Part shown: positions 38,106 through 60,291 of the stretch, piece after piece
Layout: every line of letters starts with the position of its first letter
How positions within the stretch are numbered: position 1 is the stretch's first letter
DNA from: the human T2T-CHM13v2.0 reference genome, Homo sapiens
NCBI RefSeq assembly: GCF_009914755.1
Contig: NC_060948.1
DNA: 64,000 nt
Strand: one strand, 5' to 3'
The notes under the pieces: generated by a model
The model's database searches: none
Told to the model about the DNA's origin: nothing
Seen by the model: only the letters and a program-made list of their open reading frames with translations
Translations under genes and position numbers: made by a program

Positions 38106-40203
38106 AGATCCATATTTTTTAAATGAAAAAAAATTTCAAAGGTACTCTGCTTGGTACAATAATCAAATGTATAAAGTGAGGAATAAAACATAACCATGAA
38201 ACCTACTTATAACTGCATATGGAAAATACAGAGGATAATTTTTTAAATAACATATTTTGAAAGCCTTAACTAGTAATTTGAAGAGTTGGCATTTGAAAGG
38301 CCAGTATGAATATACCTTCAAAGCAGCAACACAGGTTCCCCATGAGAAAAAGCAAACACAGGGAAAATAAAAACACAAAGGTTCAATCTCTTCTGACCTT
38401 TGAAAGACACAGCACAGACAGTGGTCCTTAGGACGAAGAGCAGGAGACCCCTAATTCCGTCACCATGGCGATAGGGCATAAACATTGCTGGGTGAGGGCA
38501 CAATCCACATTGTGAGGTCCAACTGCTGCCAGGAAGACAGGAGTGCTTTTACATAGACCGAAAGGTCATTGAAGGCTCAGAGTTTTGTTTCAAGAACTGA
38601 ATCCCAAGCCCACACGTTATTAGGCTGCGCTTCTTAAAACAAGTTCTGAGATGGGAAAAAGGGCACCCACAAACATACGTATACATTATGTATATAATAA
38701 TATACAGTATCATATATATAATATATATAACCTATGTATAATATTGTTTTACATCCTGCATCTTATGTTATATATATTGTATAAAATATAATAATTGATA
38801 ATATATAAGTTTTATAATTATACAATATGACATATAGTATATATTATAATTTATGACATATATAATATATGTTATATATCATATATAGAATATATTATAC
38901 GGTCAATATACGTATTAAATATAAATTATACATTATATATATTATATATAATATATCTGTTATATATAATACCCATTATGCATAATATATATATTATGTC
39001 TATGTTATATATAGTATAAAACAACATATAATAATATATAATTGTATATATAAAATGCGACATATAATATATATTATATTTTATAACATATGAAATATAT
39101 ATTATATATAATACGTTGTATGTATAATACCTATATTAAATATATATTATATGACTATGTTATTAATTACATGTCACATGTGTTATATATTATATATTTT
39201 ACGTAGATTATACCGGTTACATACAATATATACTATGTTACCTATAATGTATAATTTATTACATGTAAAATAAAGAATGCAATATATTATGTATAATTTA
39301 TAATATACAATATGTGGAATGTGATATATGTAACATATAATATATGATATATGATATACAGTATATGATATATAACATACAATATATGATTCCTAATATA
39401 TATGGTATACAATATATATTTTATGATATGTATTCTATATGTTTTATATTCTGTTATATATAACTATTTGAAATTATATATAACTGTATAATATTTTATG
39501 TAAATATGTAATATAATATATATAACTATATATTATATTATATATAACTATATATTATGTTATATATACTTTTATAACATAATTTACATAAAATATCATA
39601 ATATAATATATATTATATTATTTCATATTACATAATATATATTACATATCACCCAATATAACTAACATACATAATATTATACTATAGATTATATTATGTT
39701 ATATTAAATATCGTATATATCATGTATCATATATTCTATAATATATATTACACATTATATAATATGTATGTTGTCTATTATGTGATATATATAACTATAT
39801 ATATAATTATATTTTTATACATATAACTAGATAAACATGTAATTTTACATATTTTCATTTATAATATGTAGAATTATATAATCATATATAATTATTTATA
39901 TTCTATAAAAAATTTTATCATTATATAAATTATAATATATAAAAATTATAATATGTACTACAAATATATATATTATATATCATATATGATATAGTACCTT
40001 TGTTATATATCATAATACATATAAATGTGTATTATGTTATCTATAATTATATAATTTCATATATAAGATGTATAATATGTATCATATATTATATATGTTA
40101 TGTAATATATACAGTATATATAAGATGACACAGGATAAATATTAAATACTATGACATATAAAATATATGAGGTTATATGTTACATATAAGGCATAGCACA
40201 TAA

Positions 40204-40518
<315 letters not shown>

Positions 40519-42616
40519 AGATCCATATTTTTTAAATGAAAAAAAATTTCAAAGGTACTCTGCTTGGTACAATAATCAAATGTATAAACTGAGGAATAAA
40601 ACATAACCATGAAACCTACTTATAACTGCATATGGAAAATACAGAGGATAATTTTTTAAATAACATATTTTGAAAGCCTTAACTAGTAATTTGAAGAGTT
40701 GGCATTTGAAAGGCCAGTATGAATATACCTTCAAAGCAGCAACACAGGTTCCCCATGAGAAAAAGCAAACACAGGGAAAATAAAAACGCAAAGGTTCAAT
40801 CTCTTCTGACCTTTGAAAGACACAGCACAGACAGTGGTCCTTAGGACGAAGAGCAGGAGACCCCTAATTCCGTCACCATGGCGATAGGGCATAAACATTG
40901 CTGGGTGAGGGCACTATCCACATTGTGAGGTCCAACTGCTGCCAGGAAGACAGGAGTGCTTTTACATAGACCGAAAGGTCATTGAAGGCTCAGAGTTTTG
41001 TTTCAAGAACTGAATCCCAAGCCCACACGTTATTAGGCTGCGCTTCTTAAAACAAGTTATGAGATGGGAAAAAGGGCACCCACAAACATACGTATACATT
41101 ATGTATATAATAATATACAGTATCATATATATAATATATATAACCTATGTATAATATTGTTTTACATCCTGCATCCTATGTTATATATATTGTATAAAAT
41201 ATAATAATTGATAATATATAAGTTTTATAATTATACAATATGACATATAGTATATATTATAATTTATGACATATATAATATATGTTATATATCATATATA
41301 GAATATATTATACGGTTAATATACGTATTAAATATAAATTATACATTATATATATTATATATAATATATCTGTTATATATAATACCCATTATGCATAATA
41401 TATATATTATGTCTATGTTATATATAGTATAAAACAACATATCATAATATATAATTGTATATATAAAATGCGACATATAATATATATTATATTTTATAAC
41501 ATATGTAATATATATTATATATAATACGTTGTATGTATAATACCTATATTAAATATATATTATATGACTATGTTATTAATTACTTGTCACATGTGTTATA
41601 TATTATATATTTTACATAGAATATACCGGTTACATACAATATATACTATGTTACCTATAATGTATAATTTATTACATGTAAAATAAAGAATGCAATATAT
41701 TATGTATAATTTATAATATACAATATGTGGAATGTGATATATGTAACATATAATATATGATATATGATATACAGTATATGATATATAACATACAATATAT
41801 GATTCCTAATATATATGGTATACAATATATATTTTATGATATGTATTCTATATGTTTTATATTCTGTTATATATAACTATTTGAAATTATATATAACTGT
41901 ATAATATTTTATGTAAATATGTAATATAATATATATAACTATATAATATATTATATATAACTATATATTATGTTATATATACTTTTATAACATAATTTAC
42001 ATAAAATATCATAATATAATATATATTATAATATTTCATATTACATAATATATATTACATATCACCCAATATAACTAACATACATAATATTATAATATAG
42101 ATTATATTATGTTATATTAAATATCATATATATCATGTATCATATATTCTATAATATATATTACACATTATATAATATGTATGTTGTCTATTATGTGATA
42201 TATATAACTATATATATAATTATATTTTTATACATATAACTAGATAAACATGTAATTCTACAACTTTTCATTTATAATATGTAGAATTATATAATCATAT
42301 ATAATTATTTATATTCTATAAAAAATTTTATCATTCTATAAATTATAATATATAAAAATTATAATATGTACTACAAATATATATATTATATATCATATAT
42401 GATATAGTACCTTTGTTATATATCATAATACATATAAATGTGTATTATGTTATCTATAATTATATAATTTCATATATAAGATGTATAATATGTATCATAT
42501 ATTATATATGTTATGTAATATATATAGTATATATAAGATGACACAGGATAAATATTATATACTATGACATATAAAATATATGAGGTTATATGTTACATAT
42601 AAGGCATAGCACATAA

Positions 42617-42931
<315 letters not shown>

Positions 42932-45040
42932 AGATCCATATTTTTTAAATGAAAAAAAATTTCAAAGGTACTCTGCTTGGTACAATAATCAAATGTATAA
43001 ACTGAGGAATAAAACATAACCATGAAACCTACTTATAACTGCATATGGAAAATACAGAGGATAATTTTTTAAATAACATATTTTGAAAGCCTTAACTAGT
43101 AATTTGAAGAGTTGGCATTTGAAAGGCCAGTATGAATATACCTTCAAAGCAGCAACACAGGTTCCCCATGAGAAAAAGCAAACACAGGGAAAATAAAAAC
43201 ACAAAGGTTCAATCTCTTCTGACCTTTGAAAGACACAGCACAGACAGTGGTCCTTAGGACGAAGAGCAGGAGACCCCTAATTCCGTCACCATGGCGATAG
43301 GGCATAAACATTGCTGGGTGAGGGCACAATCCACATTGTGAGGTCCAACTGCTGCCAGGAAGAGAGGAGTGCTTTTACATAGACCGAAAGGTCATTGAAG
43401 GCTCAGAGTTTTGTTTCAAGAACTGAATCCCAAGCCCACACGTTATTAGGCTGCGCTTCTTAAAACAAGTTATGAGATGGGAAAAAGGGCACCCACAAAC
43501 ATACGTATACATTATGTATATAATAATATACAGTATCATATATATAATATATATAACCTATGTATAATATTGTTTTACATCCTGCATCTTATGTTATATA
43601 TATTGTATAAAATATAATAATTGATAATATATAAGTTTTATAATTATACAATATGACATATAGTATATATTATAATTTATGACATATATAATATATGTTA
43701 TATATACATCATATGTAGAATATATTATACGGTTAATATACGAATTAAATATAAATTATACATTATATATATTATATATAATATATCTGTTATATATAAT
43801 ACCCATTATGCATAATATATATATTATGTCTATGTTATATATAGTATAAAACAACATATAATAATATATAATTGTATATATAAAATGCGACATATAATAT
43901 ATATTATATTTTATAACATATGTAGTATATATTATATATTATATATAATACGTTGTATGTATAATACCTATATTAAATATATATTATATGACTATGTTAT
44001 TAATTACATGTCACATGTGTTATATATTATATATTTTACATAGAATATACCGGTAACATACAATATATACTATGTTACCTATAATGTATAATTTATTACA
44101 TGTAAAATAAAGAATGCAATATATTATGTATAATTTATAATATACCATATGTGGAATGTGATATATATAACATATAATATATGATATATGATATACAGTA
44201 TATGATATATAACATACAATATATGATTCCTAATATATATGGTATACAATATATATTTTATGATATGTATTCTATATGTTTTATATTCTGTTATATATAA
44301 ATATTTGAAATTATATATAACTGTATAATATTTTATGTAAATATGTAATATAATATATATAACTATATAATATATTATATATAACTATATATTATGTTAT
44401 ATATACTTTTATAACATAATTTACATAAAATATCATAATATAATATATATTATATTATTTCATATTACATAATATATATTACATATCACCCAATATAACT
44501 AACATACATAATATTATAATATAGATTATATTATGTTATATTAAATATCATATATATCATGTATCATATATTCTATAATATATATTACACATTATATAAT
44601 ATGTATGTTGTCTATTATGTGATATATATAACTATATATATAATTATATTTTTATACATATAACCGGATAAACATGTAATTCTACATATTTTCATTTATA
44701 ATATGTAGAATTATATAAGCATATATAATTTTTTATATTCTATAAAAAATTTTATCATTTTATAAATTATAATATATAAAAATTATAATATGTACTACAA
44801 ATATATATATTATATATCATATATGATATAGTACCTTTGTTATATATCATAATACATATAAATGTGTATTATGTTATCTATAATTATATAATTTCATATA
44901 TAAGATGTATAATATGTATCATATATTATATATGTTATGTAATATATATAGTATATATAAGATGACACAGGATAAATATTATATACTATGACATATAAAA
45001 TATATGAGGTTATATGTTACATATAAGGCATAGCACATAA

Positions 45041-46779
<1,739 letters not shown>

Positions 46780-48888
46780 AGATCCATATTTTTTAAATGA
46801 AAAAAAATTTCAAAGGTACTCTGCTTGGTACAATAATCAAATGTATAAACTGAGGAATAAAACATAACCATGAAACCTACTTATAACTGCATATGGAAAA
46901 TACAGAGGATAATTTTTTAAATAACATATTTTGAAAGCCTTAACTAGTAATTTGAAGAGTTGGCATTTGAAAGGCCAGTATGAATATACCTTCAAAGCAG
47001 CAACACAGGTTCCCCATGAGAAAAAGCAAACACAGGGAAAATAAAAACACAAAGGTTCAATCTCTTCTGACCTTTGAAAGACACAGCACAGACAGTGGTC
47101 CTTAGGACGAAGAGCAGGAGACCCCTAATTCCGTCACCATGGCGATAGGGCATAAACATTGCTGGGTGAGGGCACAATCCACATTGTGAGGTCCAACTGC
47201 TGCCAGGAAGAGAGGAGTGCTTTTACATAGACCGAAAGGTCATTGAAGGCTCAGAGGTTTGTTTCAAGAACTGAATCCCAAGCCCACACGTTATTAGGCT
47301 GCGCTTCTTAAAACAAGTTCTGAGATGGGAAAAAGGGCACCCACAAACATACGTATACATTATGTATATAATAATATACAGTATCATATATATAATATAT
47401 ATAACCTATGTATAATATTGTTTTACATCCTGCATCTTATGTTATATATATTGTATAAAATATAATAATTGATAATATATAAGTTTTATAATTATACAAT
47501 ATGACATATAGTATATATTATAATTTATGACATATATAATATATGTTATATATACATCATATGTAGAATATATTATACGGTTAATATACGAATTAAATAT
47601 AAATTATACATTATATATATTATATATAATATATCTGTTATATATAATACCCATTATGCATAATATATATATTATGTCTATGTTATATATAGTATAAAAC
47701 AACATATAATAATATATAATTGTATATATAAAATGCGACATATAATATATATTATATTTTATAACATATGTAGTATATATTATATATTATATATAATACG
47801 TTGTATGTATAATACCTATATTAAATATATATTATATGACTATGTTATTAATTACATGTCACATGTGTTATATATTATATATTTTACGTAGAATATACCG
47901 GTAACATACAATATATACTATGTTACCTATAATGTATAATTTATTACATGTAAAATAAAGAATGCAATATATTATGTATAATTTATAATATACCATATGT
48001 GGAATGTGATATATATAACATATAATATATGATATATGATATACAGTATATGATATATAACATACAATATATGATTCCTAATATATATGGTATACAATAT
48101 ATATTTTATGATATGTATTCTATATGTTTTATATTCTGTTATATATAAATATTTGAAATTATATATAACTGTATAATATTTTATGTAAATATGTAATATA
48201 ATATATATAACTATATAATATATTATATATAACTATATATTATGTTATATATACTTTTATAACATAATTTACATAAAATATCATAATATAATATATATTA
48301 TATTATTTCATATTACATAATATATATTACATATCACCCAATATAACTAACATACATAATATTATAATATAGATTATATTATGTTATATTAAATATCATA
48401 TATATCATGTATCATATATTCTATAATATATATTACACATTATATAATATGTATGTTGTCTATTATGTGATATATATAACTATATATATAATTATATTTT
48501 TATACATATAACCGGATAAACATGTAATTCTACATATTTTCATTTATAATATGTAGAATTATATAAGCATATATAATTTTTTATATTCTATAAAAAATTT
48601 TATCATTTTATAAATTATAATATATAAAAATTATAATATGTACTACAAATATATATATTATATATCATATATGATATAGTACCTTTGTTATATATCATAA
48701 TACATATAAATGTGTATTATGTTATCTACAATTATATAATTTCATATATAAGATGTATAATATGTATCATATATTATATATGTTATGTAATATATATAGT
48801 ATATATAAGATGACACAGGATAAATATTATATACTATGACATATAAAATATATGAGGTTATATGTTACATATAAGGCATAGCACATAA

Positions 48889-50625
<1,737 letters not shown>

Positions 50626-52723
50626 AGATCCATATTTTTTAAATGAAAAAAAATTTCAAAGGTACTCTGCTTGGTACAATAATCAAATGTATAAACTGAG
50701 GAATAAAACATAACCATGAAACCTACTTATAACTGCATATGGAAAATACAGAGGATAATTTTTTAAATAACATATTTTGAAAGCCTTAACTAGTAATTTG
50801 AAGAGTTGGCATTTGAAAGGCCAGTATGAATATACCTTCAAAGCAGCAACACAGGTTCCCCATGAGAAAAAGCAAACACAGGGAAAATAAAAACACAAAG
50901 GTTCAATCTCTTCTGACCTTTGAAAGACACAGCACAGACAGTGGTCCTTAGGATGAAGAGCCGGAGACCCCTAATTCCGTCACCATGGCGATAGGGCATA
51001 AACATTGCTGGGTGAGGGCACAATCCACATTGTGAGGTCCAACTGCTGCCAGGAAGACAGGAGTGCTTTTACATAGACCGAAAGGTCATTGAAGGCTCAG
51101 AGTTTTGTTTCAAGAACTGAATCCCAAGCCCACACGTTATTAGGCTGCGCTTCTTAAAACAAGTTCTGAGATGGGAAAAAGGGCACCCACAAACATACGT
51201 ATACATTATGTATATAATAATATACAGTATCATATATATAATATATATAACCTATGTATAATATTGTTTTACATCCTGCATCTTATGTCATATATATTGT
51301 ATAAAATATAATAATTGATAATATATAAGTTTTATAATTATACAATATGACATATAGTATATATTATAATTTATGACATATATAATATATGTTATATATC
51401 ATATATAGAATATATTATACGGTCAATATACGTATTAAATATAAATTATACATTATATATATTATATATAATATATCTGTTATATATAATACCCATTATG
51501 CATAATATATATATTATGTCTATGTTATATATAGTATAAAACAACATATAATAATATATAATTGTATATATAAAATGCGACATATAATATATATTATATA
51601 TTATAACATATGAAATATATATTATATATAATACGTTGTATGTATAATACCTATATTAAATATATATTATATGACTATGTTATTAATTACATGTCACATG
51701 TGTTATATATTATATATTTTACGTAGAATATACCGGTTACATACAATATATACTATGTTACCTATAATGTATAATTTATTACATGTAAAATAAAGAATGC
51801 AATATATTATGTATAATTTATAATATACAATATGTGGAATGTGATATATGTAACATATAATATATGATATATGATATACAGTATATGATATATAACATAC
51901 AATATATGATTCCTAATATATATGGTATACAATATATATTTTATGATATGTATTCTATATGTTTTATATTCTGTTATATATAACTATTTGAAATTATATA
52001 TAACTGTATAATATTTTATGTAAATATGTAATATAATATATATAACTATATATTATATTATATATAACTATATATTATGTTATATATACTTTTATAACAT
52101 AATTTACATAAAATATCATAATATAATATATATTATATTATTTCATATTACATAATATATATTACATATCACCCAATATAACTAACATACATAATATTAT
52201 ACTATAGATTATATTATGTTATATTAAATATCATATATATCATGTATCATATATTCTATAATATATATTACACATTATATAATATGTATGTTGTCTATTA
52301 TGTGATATATATAACTATATATATAATTATATTTTTATACATATAACTAGATAAACATGTAATTTTACATATTTTCATTTATAATATGTAGAATTATATA
52401 ATCATATATAATTATTTATATTCTATAAAAAATTTTATCATTATATAAATTATAATATATAAAAATTATAATATGTACTACAAATATATATATTATATAT
52501 CATATATGATATAGTACCTTTGTTATATATCATAATACATATAAATGTGTATTATGTTATCTATAATTATATAATTTCATATATAAGATGTATAATATGT
52601 ATCATATATTATATATGTTATGTAATATATACAGTATATATAAGATGACACAGGATAAATATTAAATACTATGACATATAAAATATATGAGGTTATATGT
52701 TACATATAAGGCATAGCACATAA

Positions 52724-53038
<315 letters not shown>

Positions 53039-55136
53039 AGATCCATATTTTTTAAATGAAAAAAAATTTCAAAGGTACTCTGCTTGGTACAATAATCAAA
53101 TGTATAAACTGAGGAATAAAACATAACCATGAAACCTACTTATAACTGCATATGGAAAATACAGAGGATAATTTTTTAAATAACATATTTTGAAAGCCTT
53201 AACTAGTAATTTGAAGAGTTGGCATTTGAAAGGCCAGTATGAATATACCTTCAAAGCAGCAACACAGGTTCCCCATGAGAAAAAGCAAACACAGGGAAAA
53301 TAAAAACACAAAGGTTCAATCTCTTCTGACCTTTGAAAGACACAGCACAGACAGTGGTCCTTAGGACGAAGAGCAGGAGACCCCTAATTCCGTCACCATG
53401 GCGATAGGGCATAAACATTGCTGGGTGAGGGCACAATCCACATTGTGAGGTCCAACTGCTGCCAGGAAGACAGGAGTGCTTTTACATAGACCGAAAGGTC
53501 ATTGAAGGCTCAGAGTTTTGTTTCAAGAACTGAATCCCAAGCCCACACGTTATTAGGCTGCGCTTCTTAAAACAAGTTATGAGATGGGAAAAAGGGCACC
53601 CACAAACATACGTATACATTATGTATATAATAATATACAGTATCATATATATAATATATATAACCTATGTATAATATTGTTTTACATCCTGCATCCTATG
53701 TTATATATATTGTATAAAATATAATAATTGATAATATATAAGTTTTATAATTATACAATATGACATATAGTATATATTATAATTTATGACATATATAATA
53801 TATGTTATATATCATATATAGAATATATTATACGGTTAATATACGTATTAAATATAAATTATACATTATATATATTATATATAATATATCTGTTATATAT
53901 AATACCCATTATGCATAATATATATATTATGTCTATGTTATATATAGTATAAAACAACATATCATAATATATAATTGTATATATAAAATGCGACATATAA
54001 TATATATTATATTTTATAACATATGTAATATATATTATATATAATACGTTGTATGTATAATACCTATATTAAATATATATTATATGACTATGTTATTAAT
54101 TACTTGTCACATGTGTTATATATTATATATTTTACATAGAATATACCGGTTACATACAATATATACTATGTTACCTATAATGTATAATTTATTACATGTA
54201 AAATAAAGAATGCAATATATTATGTATAATTTATAATATACAATATGTGGAATGTGATATATGTAACATATAATATATGATATATGATATACAGTATATG
54301 ATATATAACATACAATATATGATTCCTAATATATATGGTATACAATATATATTTTATGATATGTATTCTATATGTTTTATATTCTGTTATATATAACTAT
54401 TTGAAATTATATATAACTGTATAATATTTTATGTAAATATGTAATATAATATATATAACTATATAATATATTATATATAACTATATATTATGTTATATAT
54501 ACTTTTATAACATAATTTACATAAAATATCATAATATAATATATATTATAATATTTCATATTACATAATATATATTACATATCACCCAATATAACTAACA
54601 TACATAATATTATAATATAGATTATATTATGTTATATTAAATATCATATATATCATGTATCATATATTCTATAATATATATTACACATTATATAATATGT
54701 ATGTTGTCTATTATGTGATATATATAACTATATATATAATTATATTTTTATACATATAACTAGATAAACATGTAATTCTACAACTTTTCATTTATAATAT
54801 GTAGAATTATATAATCATATATAATTATTTATATTCTATAAAAAATTTTATCATTATATAAATTATAATATATAAAAATTATAATATGTACTACAAATAT
54901 ATATATTATATATCATATATGCTATAGTACCTTTGTTATATATCATAATACATATAAATGTGTATTATGTTATCTATAATTATATAATTTCATATATAAG
55001 ATGTATAATATGTATCATATATTATAGATGTTATGTAATATATATAGTATATATAAGATGACACAGGATAAATATTATATACTATGACATATAAAATATA
55101 TGAGGTTATATGTTACATATAAGGCATAGCACATAA

Positions 55137-55451
<315 letters not shown>

Positions 55452-57556
55452 AGATCCATATTTTTTAAATGAAAAAAAATTTCAAAGGTACTCTGCTTGG
55501 TACAATAATCAAATGTATAAACTGAGGAATAAAACATAACCATGAAACCTACTTATAACTGCATATGGAAAATACAGAGGATAATTTTTTAAATAACATA
55601 TTTTGAAAGCCTTAACTAGTAATTTGAAGAGTTGGCATTTGAAAGGCCAGTATGAATATACCTTCAAAGCAGCAACACAGGTTCCCCATGAGAAAAAGCA
55701 AACACAGGGAAAATAAAAACACAAAGGTTCAATCTCTTCTGACCTTTGAAAGACACAGCACAGACAGTGGTCCTTAGGACGAAGAACAGGAGACCCCTAA
55801 TTCCGTCACCATGGCGATAGGGCATAAACATTGCTGGGTGAGGGCACAATCCACATTGTGAGGTCCAACTGCTGCCAGGAAGACAGGAGTGCTTTTACAT
55901 AGACCGAAAGGTCATTGAAGGCTCAGAGTTTTGTTTCAAGAACTGAATCCCAAGCCCACACGTGATTAGGCTGCGCTTCTTAAAACAAGTTATGAGATGG
56001 GAAAAAGGGCACCCACAAACATACGTATACATTATGTATATAATAATATACAGTATCATATATATAATATATATAACCTATGTATAATATTGTTTTACAT
56101 CCTGCATCCTATGTTATATATATTGTATAAAATATAATAATTGATAATATATAAGTTTTATAATTATACAATATGACATATAGTATATATTATAATTTAT
56201 GACATATATAATATATGTTATATATCATATATAGAATATATTATACGGTTAATATACGTATTAAATATAAATTATACATTATATATATTATATATAATAT
56301 ATCTGTTATATATAATACCCATTATGCATAATATATATATTATGTCTATGTTATATATAGTATAAAACAACATATAATAATATATAATTGTATATATAAA
56401 ATGCGACATATAATATATATTATATTTTATAACATATGTAATATATATTATATATTATATATAATACGTTGTATGTATAATACATATATTAAATATATAT
56501 TATATGACTATGTTATTAATTACATGTCACATGTGTTATATATTATATATTTTACGTAGAATATACCGGTTACATACAATATATACTATGTTACCTATAA
56601 TGTATAATTTATTACACGTAAAATAAAGAATGCAATATATTATGTATAATTTATAATATACAATATGTGGAATGTGATATATATAACATATAATATATGA
56701 TATATGATATACAGTATATGATATATAACATACAATATATGATTCCTAATATGTATGGTATACAATATATATTTTATGATATGTATTCTATATGTTTTAT
56801 ATTCTGTTATATATAACTATTTGAAATTATATATAACTGTATAATATTTTATGTAAATATGTAATATAATATATATAACTATATAATACGTTATATATAA
56901 CTATATATTATGTTATATATACTTTTATAACATAATTTACATAAAATATCATAATATAATATATGTTATATTATTTCATATTACATTATATATATTACAT
57001 ATCACCCAATATAACTAACATACATAATATTATAATATAGATTATATTGTGTTATATTAAATATCATATATATCATGTATCATATATTCTATAATATATA
57101 TTACACATTATATAATATGTATGTTGTCTATTATGTGATATATATAACTATATATATAATTATATTTTTATACATATAACTAGATAAACATGTAATTCTA
57201 CATCTTTTCATTTATAATATGTAGAATTATATAATCATATATAATTATTTATATTCTATAAAAAATTTTATCATTATATAAATTATAATATATAAAAATT
57301 ATAATATGTACTACACATATATATATTATATATCATATATGATATAGTACCATTGTTATATATCATAATACATATAAATGTGTATTATGTTATCTATAAT
57401 TATATAATTTCATATATAAGATGTATAATATGTATCATATATTATATATGTTATGTAATATATATAGTATATATAAGATGACACAGGATAAATATTATAT
57501 ACTATGACATATAAAATATATGAGGTTATATGTTACATATAAGGCATAGCACATAA

Positions 57557-57871
<315 letters not shown>

Positions 57872-59999
57872 AGATCCATATTTTTTAAATGAAAAAAAAT
57901 TTCAAAGCTACTCTGCTTGGTACAATAATCAAATGTATAAACTGAGGAATAAAACATAACCATGAAACCTACTTATAACTGCATATGGAAAATACAGAGG
58001 ATAATTTTTTAAATAACATATTTTGAAAGCCTTAACTAGTAATTTGAAGAGTTGGCATTTGAAAGGCCAGTATGAATATACCTTCAAAGCAGCAACACAG
58101 GTTCCCCATGAGAAAAAGCAAACACAGGGAAAATAAAAACACAAAGGTTCAATCTCTTCTGACCTTTGAAAGACACAGCACAGACAGTGGTCCTTAGGAC
58201 GAAGAGCAGGAGACCCCTAATTCCGTCACCATGGCGATAGGGCATAAACATTGCTGGGTGAGGGCACAATCCACATTGTGAGGTCCAACTGCTGCCAGGA
58301 AGACAGGAGTGCTTTTACATAGACCGAAAGGTCATTGAAGGCTCAGAGTTTTGTTTCAAGAACTGAATCCCAAGCCCACACGTGATTAGGCTGCGCTTCT
58401 TAAAACAAGTTATGAGATGGGAAAAAGGGCACCCACAAACATACGTATACATTATGTATATAATAATATACAGTATCATATATATAATATATATAACCTA
58501 TGTATAATATTGTTTTACATCCTGCATCCTATGTTATATATATTGTATAAAATATAATAATTGATAATATATAAGTTTTATAATTATACAATATGACATA
58601 TAGTATATATTATAATTTATGACATATATAATATATGTTATATATCATATATAGAATATATTATACGGTTAATATACGTATTAAATATAAATTATACATT
58701 ATATATATTATATATAATATATCTGTTATATATAATAACCATTATGCATAATATATATATTATGTCTATGTTATATATAGTATAAAACAACATATAATAA
58801 TATATAATTGTATATATAAAATGTGACATATAATATATATTATATTTTATAACATATGTAATATATATTATATATTATATATAATACGTTGTATGTATAA
58901 TACCTATATTAAATATATATTATATGACTATGTTATTAATTACATGTCACATGTGTTATATATTATATATTTTACGTAGAATATACCGGTTACATACAAT
59001 ATATACTATGTTACCTATAATGTATAATTTATTACATGTAAAATAAAGAATGCAATATATTATGTATAATTTATAATATACAATATGTGGAATGTGATAT
59101 ATATAACATATAATATATGATATATGATATACAGTATATGATATATAACATACAATATATGATTCCTAATATATATGGTATACAATATATATTTTATGAT
59201 ATGTATTCTATATGTTTTATATTCTGTTATATATAACTATTTGAAATTATATATAACTGTATAATATTTTATGTAAATATGTAATATAATATATATAAGT
59301 ATATAATATATTATATATAACTATATATTATGTTATATATACTTTTATAACATAATTTACATAAAATATCATAATATAATATATATTATATTATTTCATA
59401 TTACATAATATATATTACATATCACCCAATATAACTAACATACATAATATTATAATATAGATTATATTATGTTATATTAAATATCATATATATCATGTAT
59501 CATATATTCTATAATATATATTACACATTATATAATATGTATGTTGTCTATTATGTGATATATATAACTATATATATAATTATATTTTTATACATATAAC
59601 TAGATAAACCTGAAATTCTACATATTTTCATTTATAATATGTAGAATTATATAATCATATATAATTATTTATATTCTATAAAAAATTTTATCATTATATA
59701 AATTATAATATATAAAAATTATAATATGTACTACAAATATATATATTATATATCATATATGCTATAGTACCTTTGTTATATATCATAATACATATAAATG
59801 TGTATTATGTTATCTATAATTATATAATTTCATATATAAGTTGTATAATATGTATCATATATTATATATGTTATGTAATATATATAGTATATATAAGATG
59901 ACACAGGATAAATATTATATACTATGACACATAAAATATATCAGGTTATATGTTACATATAAGGCATAGCACATAACATGTAATATATATCATATATAA

Positions 60000-60291
60000 T
60001 TTTTTTTTAGACAGAATCTTGTCCTGTTGCACAGGGTCGGGTACAATGGCGCCATTGTTGCTCACTGCAACTTCTGCCTCACGGGTCCAAGCGATTGTCC
60101 TCCCTCAGCCTCCCAGGTAGCTGGGACTACACCACACTGGGACTACACCAGCTGCCACCATGCCTAGCTAATTATTTGGATTTTTAGTAGTGACAGCGTT
60201 TCACTGTATTGGCCAGGATGGTCTTGATCTCTTCACCTTGTGATCCCCTTGCCTTGGCCTCCAAATTTGCTGGGATTACAGGCCTGAGCCA
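60000..60291 (-). mobile_element. Diverged Alu, copy 26
   Basis: Same antisense Alu motifs; GGTCGG and CCATTGTTG variants. Confidence 0.95.
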